Positions 8,875-19,024 of a stretch of 64,000 bases of DNA are shown here, one piece after another. Below the pieces are notes generated by a model. It was not told the origin of the DNA. It did no database searches and saw only the letters and a program-made list of their open reading frames with translations. The position numbers and the translations under genes were made by a program. Position 1 is the stretch's first letter; every line of letters starts with the position of its first letter. This stretch comes from Gammaproteobacteria bacterium (lineage in GTDB: Bacteria > Pseudomonadota > Gammaproteobacteria > Xanthomonadales > Xanthomonadaceae): contig JANXRY010000119.1 of NCBI GenBank assembly GCA_025356635.1, positions 10,128 through 74,127 on the forward strand, in the 5' to 3' direction.

Positions 8875-9665
8875 ACCGCCACCGGCGCCTTGATAGCCGG
8901 ATGCGGATCGTAGTTTTCAAAAATAATGTCGTCATAGCGGAAGGCGAACAAGTCGGTCACTTCCGGATTGAGCTTCAGCTTCGGCAGCGCGCGCGGCGAG
9001 CGCGACAGTTGTTCGCGAACCTGTTCGAAATGATTGCTATAGATGTGGGCGTCACCGAAAGTGTGGACGAAATCGCCGACACCGAGCCCCGATATCTGGG
9101 CGATCATGTGCGTGAGCAGCGCATAACTGGCGATATTGAACGGCACGCCCAGGAACAAATCGGCCGAGCGTTGGTAGAGTTGGCAGCTTAGTTTTCCGTC
9201 GGCGACATAGAACTGGAACAGCGCGTGGCAGGGCAGCAATGCCATCTTCGGCAGGTCGGCGACGTTCCAGGCCGAGACGATCAGCCGGCGCGAGTCTGGA
9301 TTGCGTTTGATCTCGGCCAGAAGCCACTGGATCTGGTCGATCGTGCGGCCGTCGGGCGCTTGCCAACTGCGCCATTGTTTGCCGTAGACCGGGCCGAGTT
9401 CGCCATTGGCATCGGCCCATTCGTCCCAGATGCCGACCTTGTGTTCGCGCAGATATTTCACGTTGGTGTCGCCAGCGAGGAACCACAACAACTCGTGAAT
9501 TATGGAGCGCAGATGCAATTTCTTGGTGGTGACCAAGGGAAATCCGGTACCCAGATCGAAGCGCAGTTGCGCGCCGAACACACTTCGGGTGCCGGTGCCG
9601 GTGCGGTCGGCTTTTTCCGCGCCATTGCGCAACACATGGTCGAGCAGGTCGAGGTACTGGCGCAT
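8871..9665 (-). CDS. thyA: Thymidylate synthase
   Basis: 264 aa from ATG 9665 ([12 protein letters not shown]...). Active-site region [12 protein letters not shown]. The poly-Cys N-terminal extension in the track ORF was discarded. Confidence 0.95.
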   Translation of the reverse strand: MRQYLDLLDHVLRNGAEKADRTGTGTRSVFGAQLRFDLGTGFPLVTTKKLHLRSIIHELLWFLAGDTNVKYLREHKVGIWDEWADANGELGPVYGKQWRSWQAPDGRTIDQIQWLLAEIKRNPDSRRLIVSAWNVADLPKMALLPCHALFQFYVADGKLSCQLYQRSADLFLGVPFNIASYALLTHMIAQISGLGVGDFVHTFGDAHIYSNHFEQVREQLSRSPRALPKLKLNPEVTDLFAFRYDDIIFENYDPHPAIKAPVAV

Positions 9666-9666
9666 T

Positions 9667-10551
9667 TCAGGTGGCGACCGGGACCAACGTGGGCGAGCGC
9701 CGCGACAACCACAACAACAACAGCCCAACTGCCACCAGTGGCGACGACAAGAGCATCCCCTGCGTCACCCAGCCGGTTCCGAACAGGTAGCCGATCTGCT
9801 CGTCGGGAACGCGCACGAACTCCACCGCGATGCGGAACACGCCGTACATCAGGGCGAACATTCCCGACACGGCGTAACGTGGCTTCGGCTGCCGCGACAT
9901 GAAATACAACACGAGGAACATCACCAGGCCTTCGAGCGCGGCCTGATAGAGTTGCGAGGGGTGCCGGGCGTAGCCATCGAGCGCCCCTGCCGCGAATTGC
10001 GTGCGGATCTGCTCCATCCCCATGCCGTTGAATTCAGGCGCATGCGGGAAAATCACGCCCCAGGGGCCGCCGGTCGGCTTCCCAAAAAGTTCACCGCCGA
10101 TGTAGTTGCCGAGCCGGCCGAATCCGAGCCCTGGCGGCACCAGCGGCGCGATGAAATCCATGGTGTCGAAGACGTGTCGCTTCTGCTTCAGCGACCACCA
10201 GGCGACCGCCATCATCACGCCGAGCAACCCACCGTGGAAGCTCATGCCGCCTTCGTTGATCTTGAACAGGAACAGCGGATTGACGAGGAAATCACCGAAG
10301 GCATAAAACAGCACGTAACCGATACGCCCGCCCAGCACCACGCCGAGCATGGCGTAGAACAGCAAGTCACCGAAACCGTTTTCGTCCGCCCCCGGCAAGC
10401 GTCCGGCCCGGATCCGGCGCAGGCCCAGCCACCAGGCGACGCCGAAGCCGAGCAGGTACATGATTCCGTACCAGTGAATGCCATGCGGCCAGAACGGCAG
10501 GTGCAAGGCGATGGGGTCGATGTCGTGCAGAATGGGGCCGGGCATGGTCAT
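9667..10551 (-). CDS. lgt: Phosphatidylglycerol-prolipoprotein diacylglyceryl transferase
   Basis: Start [18 protein letters not shown]...[11 protein letters not shown] at 10551, or 10545. Polytopic membrane protein. lgt-thyA adjacency as in E. coli. The rest of the 481-aa track ORF is antisense extension. Confidence 0.9.
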   Translation of the reverse strand: MTMPGPILHDIDPIALHLPFWPHGIHWYGIMYLLGFGVAWWLGLRRIRAGRLPGADENGFGDLLFYAMLGVVLGGRIGYVLFYAFGDFLVNPLFLFKINEGGMSFHGGLLGVMMAVAWWSLKQKRHVFDTMDFIAPLVPPGLGFGRLGNYIGGELFGKPTGGPWGVIFPHAPEFNGMGMEQIRTQFAAGALDGYARHPSQLYQAALEGLVMFLVLYFMSRQPKPRYAVSGMFALMYGVFRIAVEFVRVPDEQIGYLFGTGWVTQGMLLSSPLVAVGLLLLWLSRRSPTLVPVAT

Positions 10552-10587
10552 ATTTTGCCCGAAACCAAAGGACAACGCCGTTCTGCC

Positions 10588-12582
10588 ATGGCCCCAAATA
10601 GACTTGCCGCCGAAACCAGCCTGTACCTGCGCCAGCACGCGGACAACCCGGTGGACTGGCAAGCCTGGAACGCGGCCTCGCTGGCCGTAGCCCGCGCCAG
10701 CGACAAGCCGATCCTGTTGTCGATCGGTTATTCGGCCTGCCATTGGTGCCACGTCATGGCGCACGAGAGTTTCGAGGACGCCGCCACCGGCGCGTTGATG
10801 AATCGGCTGTACGTGAGCATCAAGGTCGATCGCGAAGAGCGGCCGGACCTGGACCGTATCTACCAACTCGCCCACCAGGCCCTGACCCGGCGTGGCGGCG
10901 GCTGGCCGCTCACGGTGTTCCTCGATCCGCACACCTTGCTGCCATTCTTTGCCGGCACCTATTTTCCGAAGGCTCCGCGCTACGGCATGCCAGCCTTCGC
11001 CGAGGTGCTGCAAGGCGCGCGGCGCTGGTGGGACGAACAGCGCGAGCAGGTCCGCGAGCAGAATTCGGCGCTGCAGGGCTTCCTGTCCGACTACGGCCGC
11101 GAAGCCAGCCACGCCGGCGAATTGTCGGACGCGCCGTTACTGGCCGCGCGCACCAGATCCGCGGCCAGCTTCGATGCCGACAATGGCGGCCATTGTGGCG
11201 CACCGAAATTCCCGAACAGCGGCGGGATCGAGCGCTGGCTGGCGGCCGCGCGGGTCGGCGAAAAAACTGCGGCGAACATGGCCAGCACGACCCTAGCCTG
11301 CATGGCGCAGCGTGGCTTGCACGATCATCTCGCCGGCGGTTTCTTCCGCTACTGCGTGGACGAGCGCTGGGACATCCCGCACTTCGAGAAAATGCTCTAC
11401 GACAATGCCCTGCTGCTACCGCTGTACGCCGAGGCTTCGGTGCAGTTCGAATCTACGGAATTTAGTGTCGCCGCCGAAGGCATCGTGGCTTGGTTGCAAG
11501 CGGAGATGCGCGCCGACGGCGGCGGATTTTTCTCGGCGCTCGATGCTGATTCCGAGGGCGTCGAAGGCAAGTTCTACCTGTGGACCCGCGAACCGTTCAC
11601 AACAGTGCTCGATGGCGAAGCACGCGACATCGCGATGCGTCATTACGGGCTCGACCGTGATCCGAATTTCGAAGGCGAGGCCTGGCATCTGCATGCCGCC
11701 GATGCGCATGGCGACGAAACAACGCGACAACGGTTGCTGGCGTATCGCAACCTGCGCGTCCGGCCGGCACGCGATGACAAGCGCCTGACTTCCTGGAACG
11801 CTCTACTTTGCACGGGCCTGGCCCGCGCCGGTGTCGCGCTTGGCCGCGAAGACTGGATCGATGAAGCAGTAGCGATTTTCGAAGCGATATCCGCCGACAT
11901 GGACGCACGCGGCAGGCTTCCCGCCGTACTCGGACGAACCGTCACGGGTTTTCTGGACGACCATGCCTACGCGTTGCAGGCAGCACTGGCGCTGTTGCAG
12001 GCGCGCTGGTCCATGGTCGTGCTCGCTACCGCGATCCGCCTCGCGGAAACCCTGCTCCGCGACTTTGCCGATGGCGAATCCGGTGGTTTTTATTTCACCG
12101 CACACGATCACGAATGGTTGCCGCAACGACCCAAGCCCTGGCTGGATGAATCCACTCCGTCAGGCAATGGCGTTTCTGCGCTGGCCCTGCTGGAGCTGGG
12201 ATTCCTGCTGGGCGAACCACGCTATCTGGATGCCGCCGAGTCGACCTTGCGCTCTGGCTGGACGGACATTGGCGAACATCCACAGGCTGCCACAACAATG
12301 CTGGCGGCATTGGCCGAATATCGCGCGCCGTTGCCATTGGTCGTCATTCGCGGCGACGTCGATGCCTTGAATACATGGCGCGAAGGCTTACGCAATCGCA
12401 TCGCATTGCCTTTGCGCGTCTATGCCATGGCCGATGCCGATGAAACCCTGCCGCCGGCGTTGGCCGTAAAACCACATGCGGCGCAGGGCGCAGCGGTGCT
12501 TTGTCGCGGCACCCTCTGCCTCGCCAGCTGCGCGGACCTCGAAACGCTGTTCACGCAGTTGCGCGAACTGGCTAGAGAATGA
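10588..12582 (+). CDS. Thioredoxin-domain protein (YyaL / DUF255 family, N-terminal Trx fold plus alpha-toroid)
   Basis: ATG 10588 gives [28 protein letters not shown]...[20 protein letters not shown]. 664 aa. The upstream part of track ORF 9502-12582 is antisense to thyA/lgt. Confidence 0.85.
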   Translation: MAPNRLAAETSLYLRQHADNPVDWQAWNAASLAVARASDKPILLSIGYSACHWCHVMAHESFEDAATGALMNRLYVSIKVDREERPDLDRIYQLAHQALTRRGGGWPLTVFLDPHTLLPFFAGTYFPKAPRYGMPAFAEVLQGARRWWDEQREQVREQNSALQGFLSDYGREASHAGELSDAPLLAARTRSAASFDADNGGHCGAPKFPNSGGIERWLAAARVGEKTAANMASTTLACMAQRGLHDHLAGGFFRYCVDERWDIPHFEKMLYDNALLLPLYAEASVQFESTEFSVAAEGIVAWLQAEMRADGGGFFSALDADSEGVEGKFYLWTREPFTTVLDGEARDIAMRHYGLDRDPNFEGEAWHLHAADAHGDETTRQRLLAYRNLRVRPARDDKRLTSWNALLCTGLARAGVALGREDWIDEAVAIFEAISADMDARGRLPAVLGRTVTGFLDDHAYALQAALALLQARWSMVVLATAIRLAETLLRDFADGESGGFYFTAHDHEWLPQRPKPWLDESTPSGNGVSALALLELGFLLGEPRYLDAAESTLRSGWTDIGEHPQAATTMLAALAEYRAPLPLVVIRGDVDALNTWREGLRNRIALPLRVYAMADADETLPPALAVKPHAAQGAAVLCRGTLCLASCADLETLFTQLRELARE

Positions 12583-13066
12583 CCGGCTGGTCCGAAAGTT
12601 CGCGCGGGTTGTCGGGAGCGGCCGGAAAATGTTTCGCCAGCAGGTCGCTGATCCGTTGGACGGCGGCCAGCACCGCGGCTTCCGCCGGGCCAAGCACCAT
12701 ATCAGCAGTGAATGCGTCGCAAATCGCCTGCCATTGCGCGGCATCCACGTGTTCGACGATGCCGCGGTCGGCAACGATCTCCACCCGGTGCTCGGCCAGT
12801 TGCAGATAGAGTAAAACGCCGCTGTTGCACTTGGTATCCCATACGCGCAACACCGAGAACGCCTGTTCGGCGCGCTGACGCGGCCGCAGGCCCGCCAGCA
12901 CTTCCCAGGGCGAATAGCGCGACTCGACCGCGAAACACAATTCGCCGGCATGTTGCGTTTCGCCTTGGGCGATGGCATCGCGAACGCGGCCCATCGCCGC
13001 TGGTGGAAACCAGCGCGACATCCGGAACCAGCCGGCGAACACATTCAGCAGAAGCAGCTTGAGCAT
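12572..13066 (-). CDS. TPM-domain protein (third gene of the LemA-TPM-TPM module)
   Basis: [14 protein letters not shown]...[12 protein letters not shown]...[25 protein letters not shown] 13066 overlaps the upstream TGA (TGATG) with GGAGGA 5 nt upstream. ATG 13072 is an alternative. Confidence 0.75.
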   Translation of the reverse strand: MLKLLLLNVFAGWFRMSRWFPPAAMGRVRDAIAQGETQHAGELCFAVESRYSPWEVLAGLRPRQRAEQAFSVLRVWDTKCNSGVLLYLQLAEHRVEIVADRGIVEHVDAAQWQAICDAFTADMVLGPAEAAVLAAVQRISDLLAKHFPAAPDNPRELSDQPVIL

Positions 13067-13917
13067 CACCATCCTCCCGAGGCGCCGCCGCCTCCGAAGG
13101 AACCGCCGCCGCCGGAAAATCCACCGCCACCGCTCGACCAGCCACCACCACCGCCGCCGGACCAGCCGCCAAATCCGCCGCCCGAACTGAATCGACCGCC
13201 ACGTCCACCGAAACCACCGCTGCCCATCAACGCGCCGACCCCGGATGCCGCCAGCATCGCCGGCAGGGACCAGATCAGCCACGCCGCCAGCAGGGCCAGG
13301 ACGATCGCCGACACCGTGCCGAGCGCTCGATGCTTGGACAGCAATACCAGCATGACGATACCGAGGAACAGGCCGAGGAAAAACGCCGGCACCGGATTGG
13401 CGTCACCACTAGCATCACTGACCATGGGTTCTGGCAAAGGCTCGCCATCGATCAACTTTGTCAGGACACCGATGGCTTCCTGCAATCCGCCGAAATAATC
13501 GTTCTGGCGAAAATGCGGCGCCAGGTACTCACGGATTACCCGGCTGGCGATCGCATCCGGAATGGCACCCTCCAATCCATAGCCGACTTCGATGCGCGCC
13601 TTGTGGTCGTCCTTGGCAATCATCAGCAGCAGGCCGTCGTCGACCTTGCCACGGCCGATCTTGTTCTTCTCGGCGACCGCCAATGAGTATTCCTCGATCG
13701 CCTGGCCATCGAGCGTGGGAACGATCAACACCGCCACCTGGCTGCCCTTGCGCTGTTCCAGCGCGACCAACTGCGCTTCGAGTTGGGAGATTTGTTCGGC
13801 GCTGAGCGTGCCGGTGGTATCGGTGACGTGCTGATGCAGCACCGGCACATCGGCAGCGCGCGCCGACGCAGCGGTGACCAGCGCCAGCAACAGGCCCGCG
13901 AGCAGGCCTCGGATCAC
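13066..13917 (-). CDS. TPM-domain (YgcG-like) membrane protein with a Gly-rich C-terminal tail
   Basis: 283 aa. GTG start. Signal peptide IRGLLAGLLLALVTAASARA. TPM core (QVAVLIVPTLDG...LLLMIAKDDHKARIEVGYGLEG). TM segment, then the tail GGFGGRGGRFSSGGGFGGWSGGGGGGW... Confidence 0.8.
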   Translation of the reverse strand: MIRGLLAGLLLALVTAASARAADVPVLHQHVTDTTGTLSAEQISQLEAQLVALEQRKGSQVAVLIVPTLDGQAIEEYSLAVAEKNKIGRGKVDDGLLLMIAKDDHKARIEVGYGLEGAIPDAIASRVIREYLAPHFRQNDYFGGLQEAIGVLTKLIDGEPLPEPMVSDASGDANPVPAFFLGLFLGIVMLVLLSKHRALGTVSAIVLALLAAWLIWSLPAMLAASGVGALMGSGGFGGRGGRFSSGGGFGGWSGGGGGGWSSGGGGFSGGGGSFGGGGASGGW

Positions 13918-13922
13918 AGTGC

Positions 13923-14573
13923 TCAGTTCTGCGGCTTCGGCGGTGCCGGCGGTGCCGGTGGTGTGGGCGCAGCAGGCGGCGCGACCGGCGCGAATTCAAC
14001 CGTCGGCGGCTTGGAAATTGCCGCTTCGTTATCGACCGTGAAGTTGGGCTTGACTGCGTAGCCGAACATCTTGGCGGTCATGTTCACCGGGAACTGCCGC
14101 ACCAGCACGTTGTAATCCTGCACGCTCTGGATGTAGCGGTTGCGCGCCACGGTGATGCGGTTCTCGGTGCCTTCGAGCTGCGCCTGCAAGTCGAGGAAAT
14201 TCTGGTTCGACTTCAGGTCAGGATAATTTTCGGACACCACCAGCAGCCGCGACAACGCGCCGGACAGTTCGCCCTGCGCTTGCTGGAACGCCGCCAGCTT
14301 GGCCGGATCGGCAGCGTCGGCAGCGCTGATCTGCATGGAGCCGACCCGGGCGCGGGCGTTGGTGACCTCGGTGAGCACGCGCTCTTCCTGGGCGGCATAA
14401 CCCTTGACGGTATTGACCAGGTTGGGCACGAGGTCGGCGCGCCGCTGGTACTGGTTCAGCACTTCGGACCACTGCGCCTTCACCGCCTCGTCCTGCGTCT
14501 GGATGTGGTTGTAGCCGCAGCCAGCCAGCATCGGCAGCAAAAGGACCAGTACCAGCCAACGAATCGCGCGCAT
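13923..14573 (-). CDS. lemA: LemA family lipoprotein
   Basis: 216 aa. Lipobox LLLPMLAGCGY. LemA-type sequence NHIQTQDEAVKAQWSEVLNQYQRRADLVPNLV...SENYPDLKSNQNFLDLQAQLEGTENRI. Confidence 0.88.
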   Translation of the reverse strand: MRAIRWLVLVLLLPMLAGCGYNHIQTQDEAVKAQWSEVLNQYQRRADLVPNLVNTVKGYAAQEERVLTEVTNARARVGSMQISAADAADPAKLAAFQQAQGELSGALSRLLVVSENYPDLKSNQNFLDLQAQLEGTENRITVARNRYIQSVQDYNVLVRQFPVNMTAKMFGYAVKPNFTVDNEAAISKPPTVEFAPVAPPAAPTPPAPPAPPKPQN

Positions 14574-14640
14574 GGCGTTACCCTGAGTTTGGATGGGCGC
14601 ATTGGAACACCGCCCAGCCGGAGACGCAATGTGCCTCTAG

Positions 14641-15378
14641 TCAGTTGCCAGCTGGCCGGCTGCGTTTGCGGGAACGCTGCTTGGCGAGGATGTTCAGGGA
14701 CTCAACGCCAGCAGAGAAGGCCATGGCGAAATACAGCAGCTTGCGTTCGATGTGGATCTCAATGCCGTCGGCGATCAGGGCGACGCCGACGAGGATGATG
14801 AAGGCCAGCGCCAGCATCTTGATGGTCGGATGCCGATCGATGAAATCACCGATCGGGTTGGAGGCAAAGATCATCACCGCGACAGCGATGACGATGGCTG
14901 CGACCATCACGCCGACATTGGTGACCATGCCGACCGCGGTGATCACCGAGTCGAGCGAGAACACGATGTCGATAATGGCAATCTGCGCGATCACGTAACC
15001 GAACACCACCGATGGCCGAGTGTCGATGTCCTCGTCTTCGCCGCGACCTTCGACCGAATCGTGGATTTCCATGGTGCCTTTGACCAGCAGGAACAGGCCA
15101 CCGCCAATCAGCACCAGGTCGCGCACGGAGAAATCCTGGCCAAACAGGGAAAACAGATTGGTCTGCATCCGCGCCAGAAATGCCAACGACAACAACAGCA
15201 GGATTCGCGTCACGCAAGCCAGCATCAAACCTAGGCGGCGCGCCCTTGGCCGTTGCTCGGGCGGCAACTTGCTGACCGCAATGGAAATGAACACCAGGTT
15301 GTCCACGCCGAGCACGATCTCGAGCGTCGCCAGGGTGAACAGGGCGACCCAGATCTCGCTGTCGAAAAACCAATCCAT
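14641..15378 (-). CDS. TerC-family integral membrane protein
   Basis: 245 aa. MDWFFDSEIWVALFTLATLEIVLGVDNLVFISI... with a repeated DN/DS membrane motif (IDIVFSLDSVITAVGM). Confidence 0.85.
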   Translation of the reverse strand: MDWFFDSEIWVALFTLATLEIVLGVDNLVFISIAVSKLPPEQRPRARRLGLMLACVTRILLLLSLAFLARMQTNLFSLFGQDFSVRDLVLIGGGLFLLVKGTMEIHDSVEGRGEDEDIDTRPSVVFGYVIAQIAIIDIVFSLDSVITAVGMVTNVGVMVAAIVIAVAVMIFASNPIGDFIDRHPTIKMLALAFIILVGVALIADGIEIHIERKLLYFAMAFSAGVESLNILAKQRSRKRSRPAGN

Positions 15379-15385
15379 TCGTCGA

Positions 15386-15772
15386 TCAATCCATCAGCCG
15401 CGGGCCGAGGATCAAGCCCCAGCAGACCAGCACGTTCATGTCGGCAAGGAACACGGCCGCCGACCCCATGTCCTTGGCGCGCCCTGCCAGCACGTGGTGT
15501 TCGGCGCCCCAGCGGTCAACCACCGCCTCGACCGCCGAATTCAACACCTCGACGATCAACACCACAATCATGGAGCCGATCAGGATTGCGCGTTCAATAC
15601 CACCCGCGCCGAGCCAAACAGCCAGTGGCGCCAGCAGCACGAACAGATATATTTCCAGGCGGAACGAAGACTCTACCTGCCAGGCAGCGCGCAGGCCTTG
15701 CATCGACCAAACGAACGCCTGCCAAGCCCGGAACGGACTGCGAGGAGCGTGACTGCCAGAACTATCAGCCAT
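15386..15772 (-). CDS. dgkA: Diacylglycerol kinase (membrane, DgkA type)
   Basis: ATG 15772 (MADSSGS...); the track start is a TTG at 15784. Motifs FRLEIYLFVLL, EVLNSAVEAVVDR, AKDMGSAAVF. Confidence 0.88.
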   Translation of the reverse strand: MADSSGSHAPRSPFRAWQAFVWSMQGLRAAWQVESSFRLEIYLFVLLAPLAVWLGAGGIERAILIGSMIVVLIVEVLNSAVEAVVDRWGAEHHVLAGRAKDMGSAAVFLADMNVLVCWGLILGPRLMD

Positions 15773-15821
15773 ATCGCCTTTCAACTCGCAGGACTGGCCA
15801 ACATTCTGCCATAGCTTCGCT

Positions 15822-17120
15822 TCAGCCCAGAACTGCGCCAGGGAAGCGGATGGTCGCGGTGGTCCCGCGGCCCGCCTCGCTGTCGAGATTTACCGGCCAG
15901 CCGTAACGCTCGGACAGGCGCCGGACGATCGACAGACCGATACCCTGGCCGTCGCGCGCGCGGTCGCCGCCGCGGTAGAACGGCTCGAACACGCGCGTCA
16001 ATTCATCTGCATTCATGCCAATACCGGTGTCGGCCACCAAGATGCGACCGGCCGTGACGGTGACCATGACCGTCCCCGCATCGGTGTAATGGCAGGCATT
16101 ACGCAACAGGTTGCCGAGCAGCACGGACAGCACCCGCACCGGCGCATGCAGTCCGAAGTCCTGCTCAACGCGATACGCCACGGCAACCGGCTTGCCTTGC
16201 ACCAACTCGCGCGCCTTGTCGATTTCCTCAGCCACGACTTCGCTGACCGAAAAATCGTCGTCGGGCAGGCCGGTATCGCCTTCTCGGGCCAGGATCAGGA
16301 AGGCGTCGATCAGGGCTTCCATGTCGCGACCCGACGCCTGGATGCGCTTGAGCGCGCGCCGCGACATCGGCGACAGCGCTTCATCGGCGGCCATCATGTC
16401 GCCGGCCACCCGGATCACGGTCAGCGGGGTGCGTAATTCGTGCGAAGCGTCGCGGGTGAAGTTGCGCTCGCGCTCGACGAAAGTGCCAAGACGAGAACCG
16501 AAGTCGTGCAGGGCTGAAGCGAGTGCGAGCGTCTCGCCCTCGACATCGCCGGGCAGGTTTTCGGCGCGGATCGCGTCGACATCGGGATGATGCGGATCCC
16601 AGTGCTGCACCTGATCGGCCAGCCAGATGACTGGCGAAACCGCACGTCGGGATGTCCGATAAGTGCCCCAGGCGATGATGTAGACCACCACCAGTACAAG
16701 GGCCAACGGGGTAACGCCGAACCAGAATGCCAGGGAGTCAACCTGCTCCTGTTTGAACAGCAGGAAAAGGCGCTGCCCGCCCCGATCTTCCACCAGCACC
16801 AGCGAGCCGCCTTGTTCGCGCGGCAGGCTGTGGAAACCCGGACGCAGTGGGCGGAGCTCTACAGGCACGGCAACGAGCGGTGTGTTCGCCGGCAACAGGA
16901 AGCCGGTCATGTTGAAAGTATCGGGCATCTCGGCCGCAGGATTTTTTTCGCGGCGCTGCCAGAAATGCAACGCCTCCTGTTGCAACGCGCGCTGGATCAG
17001 CACGTGCTTGAGCACCGCCGACGCACCATAAACACCGAGCACCGCGGCGAAGCTGATCGCCGCCGCCTGCAGGATGAAAGCGACCCAGATCTTGCGGCGC
17101 AGCCCGGTGCGTCGGGTCAT
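15822..17120 (-). CDS. Two-component sensor histidine kinase (ColS-like)
   Basis: 432 aa. Two TM segments, H-box ASHELRTPLT, and a HATPase region (LLRNACHYT...DTGIGM...GQGIGLSIV). ATGA overlap with the upstream response regulator. Confidence 0.88.
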   Translation of the reverse strand: MTRRTGLRRKIWVAFILQAAAISFAAVLGVYGASAVLKHVLIQRALQQEALHFWQRREKNPAAEMPDTFNMTGFLLPANTPLVAVPVELRPLRPGFHSLPREQGGSLVLVEDRGGQRLFLLFKQEQVDSLAFWFGVTPLALVLVVVYIIAWGTYRTSRRAVSPVIWLADQVQHWDPHHPDVDAIRAENLPGDVEGETLALASALHDFGSRLGTFVERERNFTRDASHELRTPLTVIRVAGDMMAADEALSPMSRRALKRIQASGRDMEALIDAFLILAREGDTGLPDDDFSVSEVVAEEIDKARELVQGKPVAVAYRVEQDFGLHAPVRVLSVLLGNLLRNACHYTDAGTVMVTVTAGRILVADTGIGMNADELTRVFEPFYRGGDRARDGQGIGLSIVRRLSERYGWPVNLDSEAGRGTTATIRFPGAVLG

Positions 17121-17827
17121 GCCGGGACCAGATCCAGATCGGCGATGCGGTAACCGGCGGTCTGGACGGTGTGCAGCAGGGGTTTGTCGAACGGGCGATC
17201 GACGACTTTGCGCAAATTGTAGAGATGGCTACGCAAGGTATCGGAATCGGGCAGGCCATCGCCCCAGATTTCCCGTTCGATATCGCGCCGGGTCACCACC
17301 CGCGGCGATTCGCGCATCAGGATGGTCAGCAGGCGCAGGCCGATCGGCGAGAGTTGCAATTCCTGCCCGGCTCGCGTCGCGCGCAGGCTGGCGGGGTCAA
17401 GCACCAGATCGCCGATCCGCAGCACTTCCGGGCTGACCTGGCGCCGGTCGCGCCGGATCAGCGCGCGCACGCGGGCTTCGAGTTCCTGGATAGCGAACGG
17501 CTTGACCAGATAGTCGTCGGCGCCGGCATCGAGCCCGCTGACTTTGTCAGCCAGGGTGTCGCGTGCGGTGAGCATCAGCACCGGCGTTGACTTCTTCGCC
17601 TCCGCACGCAGGCGACGGCACAATTCCACACCATCCAGGCGCGGCAGCATCAGGTCGAGCACGATCACGTCGTAGCTGTTGTCGCAGGCCAGCCGATAGC
17701 CATCGAGACCGTCGGTAGCGTAATCCACGCCAAAGCCGCGGGACTCCAGGTATTCGCCGACCATCTCGGACAGGTTGCGATTGTCTTCGATCAGCAGGAT
17801 CAGGCCGGCAGGGTCGTCTTTGCGCAT
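17117..17827 (-). CDS. OmpR-family response regulator (ColR-like)
   Basis: 236 aa. Receiver (LLIEDN...VIVLDLMLPRLDG...LMLTARD...DDYLVKPF) plus winged helix. The tail DSDTLRSHLYNLRKVVDRPFDKPLLHTVQTAGYRI resembles Pseudomonas ColR from memory. Confidence 0.88.
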   Translation of the reverse strand: MRKDDPAGLILLIEDNRNLSEMVGEYLESRGFGVDYATDGLDGYRLACDNSYDVIVLDLMLPRLDGVELCRRLRAEAKKSTPVLMLTARDTLADKVSGLDAGADDYLVKPFAIQELEARVRALIRRDRRQVSPEVLRIGDLVLDPASLRATRAGQELQLSPIGLRLLTILMRESPRVVTRRDIEREIWGDGLPDSDTLRSHLYNLRKVVDRPFDKPLLHTVQTAGYRIADLDLVPA

Positions 17828-17915
17828 GGTCCACCTCGAGGTAGCGGGGTCTTCAGGTTTGTGAAGATTAAACCGCCCCGGGGGTGATTCCGGCGTGAAA
17901 AGCGCTGGCCGCCGA

Positions 17916-18218
17916 TCAGAACGCGATCTTGCCGGTCAGCATGTCCTTGTACATCAACCAGTCGCTGGCAAAGGAATAGAACGGGTATTTGAAGGTGGCT
18001 GGCTTGTTGTGCTCGAAGAAGAAATGCCCGATCCAGGCAAAGCCATAACCGCACAACAGCGCGTACAAACCCCACCAGCCATCACCACTGCGCGCGAGCA
18101 TGACCAGACAACCCAGCACCAGCGAAGTGCCGATGAAATGAAGGCGTCGGCAGGTGCGGTTGCTGTGTTCCGACAGGTAGAAAGGATAGAACTCTTTGAG
18201 GCTGGCAAACTGGCTCAT
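17916..18218 (-). CDS. DUF962 (Mpo1-like) membrane protein
   Basis: 100 aa. MSQFASLKEFYPFYLSEHSNRTCRRLHFIGT...GHFFFEHNKPATFKYP. ATGA overlap with the mazG stop. Confidence 0.75.
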   Translation of the reverse strand: MSQFASLKEFYPFYLSEHSNRTCRRLHFIGTSLVLGCLVMLARSGDGWWGLYALLCGYGFAWIGHFFFEHNKPATFKYPFYSFASDWLMYKDMLTGKIAF

Positions 18219-19024
18219 GGGGCGTCTCCGGATGGCGCTCTCTCTTCAAGTTTCGCACGATTCCAGTAAGCGTCCTGTTGATCAAGCGTCATACCTTCCA
18301 GCGACAAGCCCTGTTCGGCGGCCAGCGTTTCCATGCGCCGGAATCGGCGTTCGAACTTGGCGTTAGCCCGGCGCATCGCCGCGCCAAAATCGACCTTGGC
18401 GTGGCGAGTGAGATTCGCGCAGACGAACAACACGTCGCCGATCTCGTCTTCCAGCGCCTCGTGGCCACGACCCTTGGCGAGCTCTTCGCGCACTTCGTCG
18501 AGTTCCTCGTGCAGCTTTTCGAACACGGGTTCGACATCGGGCCAGTCGAAGCCGACCCGGGCGGCGCGCTTTTGCAATTTCACCGCGCGTTGCCACTCCG
18601 GCAGACCACGGGCAATCCCGGCGAGGGCGCTGCGGTCGGCGCCGTCCTTGAGCTCACGTTCGATCCGCTTGGTTTCTTCCCAGGCGGTGGTCTGGACGTC
18701 GGCGTCCGCGACGCTGGCGCCAGCGAATACATGCGGATGCCGTCGCACCATCTTGTCGCAGATCGCCGCGACCACGTCGGCGAAAGAAAAATGCCCGCCC
18801 TCCTCGGCCATGCGCGCGTGGAAGACCACCTGCAGCAGCAGATCGCCGAGTTCGTCCTTGAGCTCGTGCAGGTCGCCGCGGTCGATGGCGTCGGCGACTT
18901 CGTAGGCTTCCTCGATCGTATAGGGCGCGATCGACGCGAAGTCCTGTTGCACATCCCAGGGGCAGCCGGTGGCGGGGTCGCGCAACCGTGCCATGATTTC
19001 GAGCAAGTCCCGAATGTCAGCCAT
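18215..19024 (-). CDS. mazG: Nucleoside triphosphate pyrophosphohydrolase MazG
   Basis: ATG 19024 gives MADIRDLLEIMARLRDPATGCPWDVQQDFASIAPYTIEEAYEVADAI. Two MazG repeats (second: EELDEVREEL...EIGDVLFV). The upstream part of the track ORF was discarded. Confidence 0.9.
   Translation of the reverse strand: MADIRDLLEIMARLRDPATGCPWDVQQDFASIAPYTIEEAYEVADAIDRGDLHELKDELGDLLLQVVFHARMAEEGGHFSFADVVAAICDKMVRRHPHVFAGASVADADVQTTAWEETKRIERELKDGADRSALAGIARGLPEWQRAVKLQKRAARVGFDWPDVEPVFEKLHEELDEVREELAKGRGHEALEDEIGDVLFVCANLTRHAKVDFGAAMRRANAKFERRFRRMETLAAEQGLSLEGMTLDQQDAYWNRAKLEERAPSGDAP

Noticed and set aside
9666-9728. Poly-Cys N-terminal extension of thyA ([10 protein letters not shown]...)
   Set aside because: A canonical 264-aa ThyA begins at MRQYLDLL (9665). 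The extension would overlap the lgt 3' end.
9502-10587. N-terminal 362 codons of the 1026-aa track ORF 9502-12582
   Set aside because: This part is antisense to thyA and lgt, both of which have strong motifs. The real thioredoxin-domain gene starts at ATG 10588 ([24 protein letters not shown]).
12950-13498. Proline-rich 182-aa plus-strand ORF (PPPPPKEPPPPENPPPP...)
   Set aside because: It is the mirror image of the Gly-rich (GGN codon) tail of the TPM-domain gene on the minus strand.
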